A stretch of 63,486 nt of DNA from Chiloscyllium plagiosum. Lineage: Eukaryota. The first letter of the stretch is position 1; each line of letters begins with the position of its first letter. Both the position numbers and the translations under genes were made by a program. Positions 46,901 through 60,335 of the stretch are shown here, one piece after another. The stretch is from NCBI RefSeq assembly GCF_004010195.1, contig NC_057726.1:53116036-53179521 (forward strand). Reading direction: 5' to 3'. A model generated the notes under the pieces. It searched no databases. It was given only the letters and a program-made list of their open reading frames with translations, and was not told where the DNA came from.

Positions 46901-48485
46901 TTGAAAGATCACAACTAACTCCTCCGCTATTTCATCAGTGATCTCCCTCAGAACTCTAGGATGCAGCCCATTGGGGCCAGGAGATTTATCAATTTTTAGA
47001 CCTTCTAGCTTTCTAGCACTTTCTCTTTTGTAATGAACTTTGGAAAAAAGAATACAGGCATGGACTCTTTTCTAAATGTTGAGAAAATTCATAAAGCCAA
47101 AGTACAAAGGAATCTGGAAGGGCTACTCCAAGATTCTCTAAAGGTTAACTTGCAGATTGAGTTTATGATTAAGAATGTTGTCATTTATCTCAAGATGGTT
47201 AGAATATAAAAGCAGTGATTTAGATTTAGATTAGATTACAGTGTGGAAACAGGCCCTTCGGCCCAACAAGTCCACACCGACCCGCCGAAGCGAAACCCAC
47301 CCATACCCCTACATTTACCCCTTACCTAACACTACGGGCAATTTAGTATGGCCAATTCACCTGACCCTGCACATCTTTGGATGGTGGGAGGAAACCGGAG
47401 CACCCGGAGGAAACCCACGCAGACACGGGGAGAACGTGCAAACTCCACACAGTCAGTCGCCTGAGGCGGGAATTGAACCCGGGTCTCTGGCGCTGTGAGG
47501 CAGCAGTGCTAACCACTGTGCCACCGTGCCGCCCACAGTGATGTGCTTGTGAGACTTTAGAAAGCTCTAATTAGGCCCCATTTAGAATACTGTGTCCAGT
47601 TTTGGGCTTCACACTTCAGGAAGGACATACTGGCACTGGAGCGTGTCCAGTGGAGATTCACACAGATGATCCCTGGAATAGTAGGCCTAACATATGATGA
47701 ACGGCTGAGGATCCTGAGATTGTATTCATTAGAGTTTAGAAGGGTGAGGGGCGATCTAATTGAAGTTTACAAGATAATGTATGGCTTAGAAAGGGTGGAC
47801 GCTGGGAAGTTGTTTCCATTAGCCAGGGATACTAGGACCTGTGGGCACAACCTTAGAATTAGAGGGGGTCAATTTAGAATGGAAATGAGGAGACATTTCT
47901 TCAGCCAGAGAGTGGTGGGCCGGTGGAATTCATTGCCACAGAGCACAGTGGAGGCTGGGACGTTAAATATCTTCAAGGCAGAGATTGATAAATTCTTCAT
48001 CTCGCAAGGAATTAAGGGCTATGGAGAGAGTGCAGTTAAGTGAAATTGAAATGCCCATCAGCCATGATTAAATGGCAGAGCGGACTCGATGGCCGAATGG
48101 CCTTACTTCCACTCCTATGTCTTATTGTCTTATGGTCTTATGGACAGTTCAAGAAGGCAGTGCTGAGTTGAAGGGTTGGATCTGGGATAAGATGGAGGGA
48201 GGGGAGATGTGGAAAACTAGTGAAATCAACATTGATGCTGTGTGGTTGGAGACTGCCAAGGTGGAAGGTGAGGTATTCTTCCTCCAGTCGTCGGATGGCT
48301 AGGATTTGACGATGTGGAGGCCCAGGATTTGCTTGTCCTTGGCGGAGTGGGAGGGGGAGTTGAAGTGTTTGGTCACAAGGTGGTGGGGTTGTTTAATGCG
48401 TGTGTCCCAGAGATGTTCTCCAAAACATTCTGCAAGTGTGTGCCCTGTCTCCCCAATGAAGAGGTGACCATCAGGAGCAACAGAC
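44000..48485. mobile_element. Nested complex: PLE (-) split by a CR1 (44290-48141) that contains a second CR1 (44549-45570), an internal inversion (about 46228-47033) and a V-SINE (47220-47535)
   Basis: TSDs are GGACAG (44284-9 / 48142-7), GGAGCC (44543-8 / 45571-6) and CAGTGAT (47213-9 / 47536-42). The APE motif VIMGDFN...LEQFV resumes as EPTREQAILNL after the inner insert. Confidence 0.85.
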
Positions 48486-49009
48486 GCAGTCCTTGCTTTC
48501 TCCTCAAGGATGACCTGAACAACTTATGTTAAATTGTTTTAAGGCGCCATCTGGTGGCAGCTGTGGTTAAATACCATGTATTTGGGCAACTTGCACAAAT
48601 TCATAGTAAAATAAACTCATATTGTATCTTTTACTGCCTGATGAGGCATATTATAATTAATAAACTACATCATCAAACTAGAAACATAGGAAACACAGCA
48701 GCCAGCTGTGCACAGAAGCTCCTGAAGACAGCAGTGTGATCATGATCTAATGATCTGTTTTTGTGGTGTGCTTGAGAGATGAATTCTGATCAGGAGATCA
48801 TTTATATCCACTGTGGACTGAATCGCAGATTAGCAAAAGACGGCATCTGTTAAAATGCAGTAGTCCATCAGAACATGAGCCTGGAATTTTGAATCAGAGA
48901 TTCCAGTCCGCTCCATGTGACATCAAAAAATGGCTGAAGGCACTAAATGCAGGAAATATTAGGAACACTGACAAGGTCTTGATGGTACTGCTGAAGACTT
49001 GTGCTTCAG

Positions 49010-50925
49010 CCCTAGGACGTTGTGAGATGCTACCGAGGAAATTGTGAGGCCCCTTGCAGAAATATTTGTGTCATATATAACTACAGGTGAGGTGCTGGAT
49101 GACTGTAGAGTGGCTGCTGTTGTGCCTTTATTCAAGAAAGGATGTAAGGAGAAGCCTGGGAACTGTAGATCTGTGAGTAAGTTGTTAGAAGTGATTCTGA
49201 AAGATAGAATTTACGTACATTTGAAGAGGCAAGGATTGATTAGATATAGTCAGCACGGCTGTGTGTGAGGGAACTCATGTCACACAAACTTGATTGAGTT
49301 TTTTGAGGAAGTAACCAAGAAGATTAATGAGGGCAGAGCAATGGACATTTTTTAACTTGGACTTTAGTAAAGCCTTTGACAAGGTTCTGCATGTTAGTCT
49401 AATTAGTAAAGTTTGATCAGATTGGATTCTGGGTGAGCTTGCCAATTGGATACAATATTGGCTTAATGGCAGGAGACAGAGAGTGGTGATGGAAGCTTAT
49501 TTTTTGGATTGGTGGCCTGTTACCAGCAGTGTTCCACAGGGATCAGTACAGTCCACTTTTGTTTGTCATTTATATATGAATATAGAAGGCATGGTTAGTA
49601 AGTTTAAGTATGACACCAAAATTGGTGGTATAGTGGACAATGAAGAAGGATAGGAATTGGGACATCATGTTGAGGTTGTACAGGACATTGGTGAGGCCTC
49701 TCCTGCAGTATTGTCTCCAGTTCTGGTTGCCCAGTTATAGAAAGGATATTATTAAGCTGAAGAAGGCTCTGAAAAGATTTACCAGCATGTTTCCAGGAAT
49801 GGATGGTTTGAGTTATAAGCAGAGACTTGATAGGCTGGGACTTATTTCATTGGAGCATAAGAGGTTGAGGAGCAACCTTATAGCGGTTTATAAAATGATT
49901 AGAGGTATGGATAAGGTGGCACGTCACGGTGGCTCAGTGGTTAGCACTGCTGCCTCACAAGACCAGGGTCCCAGCTTTGATTCCAGCCTCAGGTGACTGT
50001 CTGTGTGGAGTTTGCGCATTCTTCCTGGGCTTCCTCTGGGTGCTCCAGTTTCCTCCCACAGTCCAAAGATGTGCAGGTCAGGTGAATTGGCCATGCTAAA
50101 TTGCCCATAGTGTTAGGTGTATTAGTCAAAGGGAAATGGGTCTGGGTGGGTTGCTCTTTGGAGGGTCGGTGTGGACTGGTTGGGCCGAAGGGCCTGTTTC
50201 CATACTTTAGGGAATCTAATATAAGGTGATTGGCATGTGTCTTTTCCCCAGGTTTGTGGATTTCAAGATGAAAGAATATATTTTTAAGCTGAGAGGGAAA
50301 GATTGAAAAAATACGTGAGGGGTAACATATTTACACAGAGAGTGGTTTGTATGTGGAATGAACTTCCAAAGGAATTGGTCAATGTGGGTACAGTTACAAC
50401 ATTTAAAAAACGTTTTGGGAAGTACATGAATAAGAAATTATCTGGAGGGATATGGGCCAGGAGCAGGCAAGTAGGACTAGTTTAGTTTGAGATTATGGTG
50501 GCATTGGACTGTTTAGACCTAAGGTAAAAAGGTAAAAACAAGGTAACAATGATTCCTGATGAAGGGCTTTTGCCCGAAACGTCGATTTTGCCTGTCCTCG
50601 GATGCTGCCTGAATTGCTGTGCTCTTCCAGCACCACTGATCCAGAATCTGGTTTCCAGCATCTGCAGTCATTGTTTTTACCTTGTTGATTTTAACCCTAC
50701 TGCGAATCCTCTTGCAAGGATGCCTGCCTTGAAGAAGTTTTCCTCCTCTCTCTACAAGAATCTCAGGGAGTCTCTCTCCCACTGCAACTCCCAGGTCATT
50801 TCCTCTGCCCTGAAGCTCTTCAACCATGTCCTGAAACAAACCCGCTACTACAGCCACATTTGCTTCCTCAGTGTTTAGACCGAAGGGTCTGTTTCCATGC
50901 TGTATGACTCTATGACGCTATGAGT
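49010..50925 (+). mobile_element. CR1 LINE fragment with a V-SINE (49919-50220) and a PLE insert (50520-50871)
   Basis: VPLFKKG...DFSKAFDK RT motifs. SINE TSD ATAAGGTG (49911-8 / 50221-8). PLE TSD TGTTTAGACC (50510-9 / 50872-81). Confidence 0.88.
50551..50588 (+). ncRNA. Minimal type-I hammerhead ribozyme (PLE family A), intact core
   Basis: CUGAUGA-A-GGGC-UUUU-GCCC-GAAA-CG-UC at 50556-50583. Palindromic ACGU stem III, and a short stem I GAUUC/GAUUU with one U-U. Confidence 0.7.
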
Positions 50926-52774
50926 GACTTATAAATATTGGGCATTTGCACTCTGTCTCTCTGCCCTTTTTTCAATTTCTGATCCTCAACCATTTTTGAG
51001 CCATAGACATTTTGGGCTGGATTTTCCCAGGCTAGTTATCACATTGCGAGCAGGACTGGCCATCCTGACAATACTAGCAGTTATGGAGGAGGAGGAAGTC
51101 CTTTACTTTGGCAGGGAGACCACTGCACAGGCTGTTGGAGATGATGAGTGCCAGGTTATTGAATGCTTCATGAATATTCCTTGAAGCAGTTCCAACCTTT
51201 TAACATTGTTTTCAGTAGATGCCACTTGGTATGCTGACAAACATCTGATGAAGGGAGCACCTAATGTTTTCTCTCTTACCCAGGGCTGAGGCTAGAGGAT
51301 TAGCATCAGCTGAGTGTAGAGGCTCTGGCTACCTCACAGAGAAATCATGCTGACGGGATTCATCTGCCCATTCCAACAGCACAAAAACCCATGGGGCTTC
51401 AGGTAATGTTTGTACAGGTGACACAAGGTGAAGAGCATGGCACACATGAAGGAACAGGTAATGGAGTAATGCTATGTGGCACCTCCATAGGAGGTTTTAA
51501 CGCAGCTCCAGCTGTAGTGATTTAGCTGGAGAGACAGAACCTCAGGGACCCTCTGCATTGTGGAGGCTTGTGCAGCAGCAACTGATTTCTATCAGAGACA
51601 GTGACATCCCCTGTGCAAAAATCAGAGGGGTCCATCCGTGGTATGAGCATTACAATGTGCCAGATACACTCATGAATAAGCTCCAGATTTTAAGAGCGAT
51701 CACTCTAATGGCAATTCGCCAAGGGGATGCACAGATTATAGATCAGAATCTTGTTTGTTATAGTGCTGGCATATGGATGGGTGGATTCTTCAAGCGGGTG
51801 TTCTCACCTGCCAGGGATGTGCACTTGAGCAGGCAGAATGTGAAAGTGCTGCCATGGGAAGGGATGATGTTGATGTTGCCAATACTCAAGATAGTCTTCT
51901 GAAGCTGACCCCTTCGCCTCTCTGAGGCACACAATAAGCCTTACACACCATGCTTGAACCTGCTGTGCACAAATGCAGCTGGCACAAAAACACAGCAACC
52001 CTAGGAAATGGCACCCCAGACATCTCAACTGCTGGGATACCTTCTCAAGCTGCTTGCCTCCCCATCTGTTCCAGTTCCAGGAGAAGCCCCACTGACTGCA
52101 TAGTCCACTGTATGCACTTTAATGCAGATAAAAAGACTGCCGTTGAAAATGAGCTTTTCGTACATCTGGGAAACTGTGACCTCACTGCTACATTCTCGCT
52201 GAATAAAAACATAATGAATGTTCGTGGTGCAGAATCAAGACATTGCTTTCAATTAAGTTTAAGACAACCTTTAGAAATTCATGTCAAAACCTGATGGCAT
52301 TTATTAAGATATAAGCTTGAAGGGGATTACATAACAAATGCTTTGTCTGGAATTGCAGTTGTGCAAAAAGGAACCACATTTAGGTTTTCAAATCAATCAT
52401 TTACAAGTGGAGGATGTCTGATGTTTACGAGTAGTTCCTTATTGCAGATTAACAGAGAGAGGATCGGTTTGAGACATAAAGCTATCTATGTCACTACATC
52501 TTACTCCATCTAGCTAAAGTTACATGGTTTGAGGAAATCCTGTTCCTCATTGAACATAATTAAATTTCATCCTCTTGTGTTATTTTTCAGTGTTTGGTAG
52601 GTTTCAGTATTGTAGTAGAAACTGTGTTTTTCTTTCTCCTCTACTAGAATTAGTAGAGAGAAATATATTTATATTTATTTACGGTTAGAATGGTTATTAG
52701 TTTTGAGGTCTTCATGAAACACGAAAACAAGGGAAGATTTACAGAAAGGTTTAAAAGCAAAGATATGGGTTACA

Positions 52775-55370
52775 GAGTCATAGAATCCTACAGCATGGAG
52801 ACAGGGCCTTGCTGACCAAAATGCCCATCAATATTAACCCCAATTCCTTGTACTTGGCCCATATCCTTCTAAACCTTTCCTATCCATGTTTTTGTTCAAA
52901 TGCCTTTTAAATGTTGTTAACATATCCGCTTCAACCACTTTCACTGGCAGTTCATTCCATATGCATACTATCCTCTGTGTAAAAAAGTTGCCCTCAGGTT
53001 CCCTTTTATTTTTCCCCTCTCACCTTAAACTGATGCCCTCTGGTCCTCGATTCCCCAACCCTGGGAAAGAAAATTGAGTGCATTCACCTTATCCATGCCT
53101 CTAATGATCTTATACACTCTACACAATGCCCCCTTAGACTCCTAACCTCTTAAAAAGCAAGTTCTAGCTTGTCCAACCTCTCCCTATAACTCGGACTGTT
53201 GAGATCTGGCAACATCCTTGTAAATTTCTTCTGCACTCTTTCCAGTTTAATAACATTATTCCTATAACAAGGTGACCAAAACTGAAGATAATACTCCAAG
53301 TGCAGCCTCACCAACGTCCTGTACAACTTCAACATAACTTCCCAACTTCTATCCTCAATGCCCTGGCTGATGAAGGCCAATGTTTCAAAAGCCTTCTTCA
53401 CTGCCCTGTCTACTTGTGACTCCACTTTCAGGGAACCGTACATCTGAACTCCAAGGTCCCTCTCTTCCACTACACTCCTTAAGGCCCTACCATTCACCAT
53501 GAAACTCCTACCTTGATTTGACTTTCCAAAATGAAAGACCTCATACTTAACTATATTAAACTCCATTTGCCATTTCTTGGCCCACTTCCCCAGCTGATCA
53601 AGGTCCTGCTGCAATTTATGATAACCTTCCCCACTATCCATGACACCACCTATTTTAGTGTCATCTGCAAACTTACTAATTATGCCTTGTATATTCTCAT
53701 CCAAATCATTGATATAGATAGCAAACAGCAATGGGCCCAGCACCGACCCTGAGGCACTCCACTAGTCCGACAAGCATCCTTCCACTATTACCCTCTGCTT
53801 CCTACCATCAAGCCAATTGTATATCCAATTTGCCAGCTCGCCCTGGATTCCATGCTATCTAACCTTCCAGAGCAGCCTACCATGTAGAACCTTATCAAAG
53901 GCCTTACTGAAATACATACAGAGTACATCTACCACCCTGCCCTCACCCCACCCACCCCGTCAACCTTCCTGGTCACATCATCAAAGAATTCTAACAAATT
54001 TGTGAGGTATGATCTCCCATGCACAAAGCTGACTATTCCTAATCAAACCCTGTCTTTCCAAATGCATGTATATCTTATCCCTCAGAATCTTCTCAAGTAA
54101 CTTACCCACCACAAATGTTGGGCTTACTGGTCTGTAGTGAGTCCCAAGTTTATCTTTGCAGCCCTTCTTGAATGAGGGCAAAACATTCACAACATATCGA
54201 CCTTGAACTCTAGCTATCTCACTTTAAAAGGCCTCCCACTTGCCAGAGGTCCCTTTACCTGCAAACAAACTACTCCAATCAACCCTTAAAGCTCCTGCCT
54301 AATTCCATCAAATTTCGCCTTGCCTCAATTTAGAACTTGAACCCATGGGTTAGTTTTGTCCCTCTCCATAACTATTTTAAAATGAATATAACTATGGTCA
54401 CTGGTCCCAAAATGCTCTCCCACTGTCACCTCCATCACGTGTCCTGCCCTATTTCCCAAGAGTAAGTCGAGGTTTGCCCCTTCCCCCGAGTTAGACCCTC
54501 TATGTACTGTTTGAGGAAACTTTCCTGAACGCACTGAGAAAATTCCACCTTAACGACGGCAGTCCCAGTCTATGTTGGAACTTTGAAATCCCCCACTATG
54601 ACAACCCTATTGTTCCTGCAAGTGTCCCCAATCTCCCTGTATATTTGATTTGGTGTTGGATTGGGGTGTACAAAGTTTAAAATCTGCGTCTTACAATCTA
54701 ATACTCCATAACGACCTGATGAAGAAGCAGGGTCCAAAAGCTGGTGCGCCCAAATAAACCTGTTGGACTATAACTTGGTGTTGTGTGATTTTTAACCTTG
54801 TATATTTGTTCCACTAATTCCCCTCGATATTTGGGGGCCTATAATACAACCCCAATAATGTCACCATCCCCTTCTTATTTTTTAGCTCCACCTACAAAGC
54901 CTCACTGGAATATTCTTCAGTTATTTCATCTCTGATTACTGCTGTGATATTTGCCTTAATTAAAACGCAACTCCCCCCTCCCTTCTTTCCACCACCTCTG
55001 TCCCACCTAAAGCACCTGTACCCTAGTACATTAAGTTGCCTGTCCTCTCCCTCCATTAGCCATGTTTCTGTAATGGCTATAATATCCCAGTCCCACATAT
55101 CTATCCATGCCAAGAGTTCATCAGCCTCACCTGTCAGCCATCTTGCATTGAAATATAAGTAGTTTAATCCAACAGGCATTCCTTGCTCCCTGTCGTGTTC
55201 TAGCCTGACCTGTCTCTTCGCTTCATTATTTCTGATTACTGTGTCTCCTTCCAGTCTCACATTTGCCTCCCTGCTGTTGAGGATCCCACCACCACCACCA
55301 ATCCAGTTTAAACCCTTCCTTGTAGCACTAGCACAGCTGGCTGCCAAGATATTGGTTCTCCCTCCAGTTC
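52775..55370 (-). mobile_element. CR1 LINE ORF2 (APE + RT + 3'UTR), disrupted, with a family-B PLE insert at 54648-54798
   Basis: ORF 53150-53743 LGPLLFAIYINDLD...SKFADDTK and ORF 54892-55347 YFNAR...IIAITETW. Insert TSD TGTATATTTG (54638-47 / 54799-808). Confidence 0.9.
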
Positions 55371-56162
55371 AGAGATTAATGAGGCATTGCCTGTGTTTGG
55401 ATATGTGCATACTGAACCCATAATTACATCTATGGAATATACATGATTGGAGTAATTTGGATGCACTTTGATTTGGGGACTAACTGTGAAAACTTGGACC
55501 ACTCTCAGTGGGGAGGTCCAGATCAGGTGCCTGATCAGGGACTGTCTGACCTGTTTGACATTTATTTTAAAAGAGTAGAGGTTCAGAGGATGGAAAGTGC
55601 CTGCCATAATGTCCCAACCCTAACCAAGGACCAGTAGGATAACATAACAGCAACTGTTCCTTGCAAACTGCTGCTGAAGTACTGTATGTATTGCACCTTG
55701 CTTGTGCTTTCTGCTTAAATAAAAATCATAACTGTTATCAATATGGGAACAGCTTCAAAGAGGCTGTAAGAAAATTAAATAAGTTAGAAAAATGTAAGAA
55801 ATTAACACCTTGATGTTATGATCCTACCATGGAAATACTAAAAGCCTTCATGTGAAATTCCTCCATTTGCTGATTTGCATAAAAAATTCCATTAAAATAG
55901 AAGAGGAAAGAATTTGATTCTATGTCTTAAAGATTTTTGCACAGTATCCTGAAGTGTAATAAATCCTGAGATTAATACCTACTTGTAATAAACTCTATGA
56001 GGAGTGACTTTTCTTAGTCAGATTTAAAGGTGGAATTTTAAATCTCCCCAAAGGGTTACACGTCCTACAGTATCTATTCAAATCGGTGACATCTATTGGT
56101 CCCAAATAAAATTCTAGGTGATACTCGAGAAACAAGGTCCTCTCTGAAATATATCCAGTAAG

Positions 56163-56168
56163 TTTATT
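56163..56168 (-). terminator. Candidate polyadenylation signal, agrp
   Basis: First AATAAA about 100 nt after the agrp stop codon. Confidence 0.5.
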
Positions 56169-56269
56169 TTAACTGTACAACAAGTTACACTCTAAAGAGA
56201 ATACAACATAAATTTGTGCATATACACTTTACAGAAACATATTCTAGCAAACGGCACTAGTGCACAGAA

Positions 56270-58006
56270 CTAAATCTTGCCCTGGTGACAGCTGTTACCA
56301 ATTGTTCTGCAGTAACAAATTGCGTTGAAAAACCTGCAGTAGCAAATAGCACATGGATCACAGCAAGGTAGTGCATGACCAAAACAGGACTCCAATTGCC
56401 GGACACATCTCCTGGGTGAACGTTCTGCTCTGTCCTTCTCCACAGCACTGGATATTGCCTGCAAGATTAAATACAAAGATTAGGAAAGCCCAGCTGCATA
56501 CCAATTTTTTACATTGCAATACTGAAGCAACTGATTACATTTAACAGTTCAACACATACAATATACAGCCCATAGAACGCAACAGGTCTGGTAGCATCTG
56601 TGGAGACAGGAACAGGGTTAACATTTCTAGTCCAGTTTGACTCTTCTTCAGAATTGGGACAGGATCTACGAAGACAGGCAGAAAAATCCTCAGTTTAAGA
56701 AAGCACCTCCAACAATGCAGCACTCCCTCATTCCTGCACTGGAGTGTTAAGCCTTGATTTTAGGCTCAATCCTGAAATGGGATTGAACCAATATCATTAT
56801 GATTCGTTGGTTAGCATAACAGAAGAATTTCTTGACACCTCCCTCTTACTCTCTTGGAATTATGAAATGTCTAAACTTATCTGTAATAATTTTTGAACTA
56901 CCATACTGTACAGTAGTAAGTCATATATTCTGCTTGATACATGAAAATTACAGTTACCTCAGGATCCAGCATGATTTTGTTTGATATATCATCCTCCTTA
57001 ACCATGTCCATTGCTTTGTTGAGTGCAGGTCTGACCAGTGAACCTGGTGATAGAATCATTTGTAAAACTGTTAACACAAGGCGAGGTATTGAAACATTCA
57101 ACTTTGATTTGCTAAATTAGAAAGACTCTTACTAACAATGATGACTCTTACAAATCTTTTTTTTTCTTTAGCTGAACAGGTATAAATAAAATAACAAGAG
57201 CTAGATCACAGAAGAGTCTTTGGATCATCATCTTCCCAACAGAATATTGGGAGGAGCGATTAAGAAGAATAATTGGGAAAGCATAAACCCAAACTGAGAG
57301 AGAGCCAGAGAAAAATCATAGAATCAAAAATACTTTACAAAATCAGAAAAAAAGAGAGAGGGGAAGAGACAAATATCCAACTGAGAGTAAAAACCTAGAT
57401 GATTCACCAACTGTTAAATTATGGGCTGGTTATCAGTTCATATTATGAAGTTAATACTGTTCAAAGTAATACAGATTTAATGTTGAAAACAGATTGTAAA
57501 GTTAGAGATCCAAGCATATTGTATATTGCAACTGTCTCCCCACCTGCAAGCCATGAGGAGGTCTGTGAAATTACAAACACATAGGGCTTTATGTTCATTT
57601 TCTTCTGTTTAAAAACCATGCTTCATATCACCAAAAGTCAATACTTGGGCCACCTTCCAGTCCCCCACTGGAGCCAGGAATACAATCACTATTCTGGGTT
57701 CCTTATATTACAGGTAATTCCACTATGACAGCTCAGTTGTGGTCTAACTGCCAGATATTTACTCACTTGAACAATCTACCTCAAAGTCAACCCGAGTCAG
57801 TGGAGCATTAAGACATATTATTAAAACACACCTGAGGCAGACAGTAGGGTCTTGATCCTGCTCAAAACAGCGAGGTCAGTGTGGGAGACCACATCCTGCA
57901 CTGAGCTGGAATCCTGTGCATGCTCTACTATTCTGCTGGGAACAGAGGCGAGAACGATCGGAACCATCTGAAGAATCCAGTAGCACAGTAACAGTGTTTT
58001 AAACAT
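56270..58006 (-). CDS. agrp: Agouti-related protein (AgRP1 type), 149 aa
   Basis: Coding exons 58006-57832 (175 bp, phase 1), 57043-56958 (86 bp) and 56458-56270 (189 bp), all GT-AG, in frame. Signal peptide MFKTLLLCYWILQMVPIVLA, then RAER|SPRR convertase site, then the 10-Cys knot CVRQLESCFGHALPCCDPCAICYCRFFNAICYCRTIGNSC with the RFF triplet. An acceptor AG at 58012-58011 implies an upstream non-coding exon, which was not located. Confidence 0.95.
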
Positions 58007-60335
58007 GATCCTAAGAGGTAAACACATAACAGTTAACTGGAAGAAGCATTCAATTTCTGGCCATACGTCTGCTTGCATTTATTAACAATGCACTCTTCAT
58101 AAAGATGATTGGTCTTTTCATAAGTATATAAGCACTTACTAAGATTTGATCTAAGGGAGTAACTCACATTAACAATGTTTAGTTAGCAAAAAACCCTGTC
58201 AGAAATGAAAACAAACTTTTGGTCCAACCTCTAGTTGATGTACAGTGCTTCTGGCTTGGAAAACAGTGCAGAAAGCCTAGGTTTTATATCCTTTGATGTA
58301 CTTTAGCGTCACAAATGACGCTTGCAGTAATGAAGGCGGAGAAGTATTTATAACCACCTCACTTAAGGTTTCTTTAACAATCAATAATAGACTATTCATG
58401 GCAGCCTTGACTCAGTGCTGGTCTTGGAGGCAAAATGCTGCACATTCAAGCACCACTTCAGAGACGAGAGCACAACATCCGGATTGACAGTCAGTCCACT
58501 TCTGAGGGAATGCTATACAATAGGAAGCATCATCTTTCCCATAAGACATTAAAACAAATCTCCAGCTGTGGCCTGATGAGCTGTAAGAGCAGCATTATTT
58601 AACAAGCATGACACTATTTGAAAAGCATCCTCTGTCATTCGGTGTAATATTTATCCTTCTACCAACTAAAACAGCTTATACCGTAATTCATTTTAATCTC
58701 AAAAAGACTGAGATTGTGCATTTTGGGAGGAAAAATAGATCATTTATTGTTGAAATATATAGTTTGACAATTTGTTTGCCTTGTTAATCTTTACTAAACA
58801 ACCAAAAGGTCTATCAGCGCTTCTGAAGAAAGATTTGTCACACTACGAGCATGTACCTTTGGGCCAGAAACCCCAGGTTGAAATTCCATAGAGACTTGTT
58901 GGCCAGAGTTTATGGCCTGTTTCAAGGGGTTGATAATCAGCCAGAATATCCTATCACCACTTCCCCAAAAGGACAAAAATGTATCTGATCAGATACAATA
59001 CATATGGATCTTTTTCAACTTCATCCTAAGGTATTTTGAAACTATTCGGGGATAACTTGTGACATCCATTTGGCTTATTATTCCAACTCAATTCAGTGAC
59101 TGTTGTTTCATATTAATTGTATCTTATCTTTGATGCCATAACAGTAAGTTAATTGATAGATCTATCACAATGGTTTGGGGACTTTTTGCTGAGAAATACA
59201 TATTGTTTTGAAGAAATTATAATTTTGGCATAAAATAATGAACACTGGATTTGGAATTGACCTTTTTCTACTTTAATTAATGTGCATCCATTTGTAAAAG
59301 AGGCTTTTTGACTTAAAAATGTGGATTTAGGAACAAGCAGCTGGTTAAAAAGCTTGGAATTGACAAGCATCAGCAAATAGCAGCAATGCACCAATGTCAA
59401 CTCCAATACATTAAGTGTGTTTGGGTGCATACAAGTAACTCCTCTGAGTGAGATGGGTTGCCAAATAAATGTGTTAGAATGTAATTAGCAGCCATTTTAA
59501 CTGGATTTTTGGAATTTGACTCCGTGTAGACAGGTTAGCCAGGTTTCCTGGAAATCGTCAGTAAAAATAAGGCAAGAGGAGATTGAGGCATCTCAGCATA
59601 TAATAGGTAGAGAATTTTCTCAGTACTATTATCAGTTGATTTGCTTAACTGAAAGGCTTTGGCTTCCCATAATCCTCCATTCCGAGAAACTGAGTCCATT
59701 CTTCTCCATGACAACTATCTGAGGTTGAACCAATTGTTTGCAGCTTGGTGTCACTTGACTCTTGAAGTGAATTCCCAACCACATAATGCATAATTACTAA
59801 TTGCCATCTCTGTAAAATAATTATACTTTACCCCCCACCTCAACTCATCTCTTGCTGAAACCATCACGCATACCTTTGCTAATCTTAACAATACCAACAC
59901 TGGCCTCCCACATTCTACTCTCTGTAAACATGAGTCAAATATCTGTTGATCTGTTCCTAATTGTGCCAAGTTCATTTACTCACCATCTCTATACCAACTG
60001 ACTTACACTGGCTCACAGTCTAGCAATACTTAAAATTTAAAATTCTCATGCTTGATTTCAAGACCTTCCATGGCCTTGGCCTTCCCTATTTGTGATACCC
60101 TTTACCCTTTGATGCAGCTAAAGGTGTCCTCTTTTGATTCTGGCCTCTTGCACATCCCTAACTCTAATGGCTTCACTAGTAGTAGCCATGCCTTCAGTTG
60201 CCAAGGCCCAAAGCTTTGGCTTTTTTTTTGCATAAAATCCACCTCTTTGATGAATCTTTTAGCCAGCTACACTAAATGGGTAGTTGGAATATGGCTTGCT
60301 GTTCACTTTTGTTTTGTAACACTTTATGAAGTGTT

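Noticed and set aside
51000-52300. GC-richer segment with 114-aa ORFs, possibly Harbinger-derived (similar segments at 38780-39400 and 62080-63060)
   Set aside because: No convincing motif or termini could be read by eye, so it is left unannotated pending a Dfam/Repbase search.
53150-53743. Longest ORF (197 aa) as an active or domesticated reverse transcriptase
   Set aside because: It is a fragment of a CR1 ORF2 with stops, deletions and an insertion on either side.
56270-56458. Alternative call as ASIP or AgRP2
   Set aside because: It lacks the ASIP basic/proline-rich domain, has SPRRCVR plus a C-terminal extension, and has x6 rather than x5 spacing before CC.
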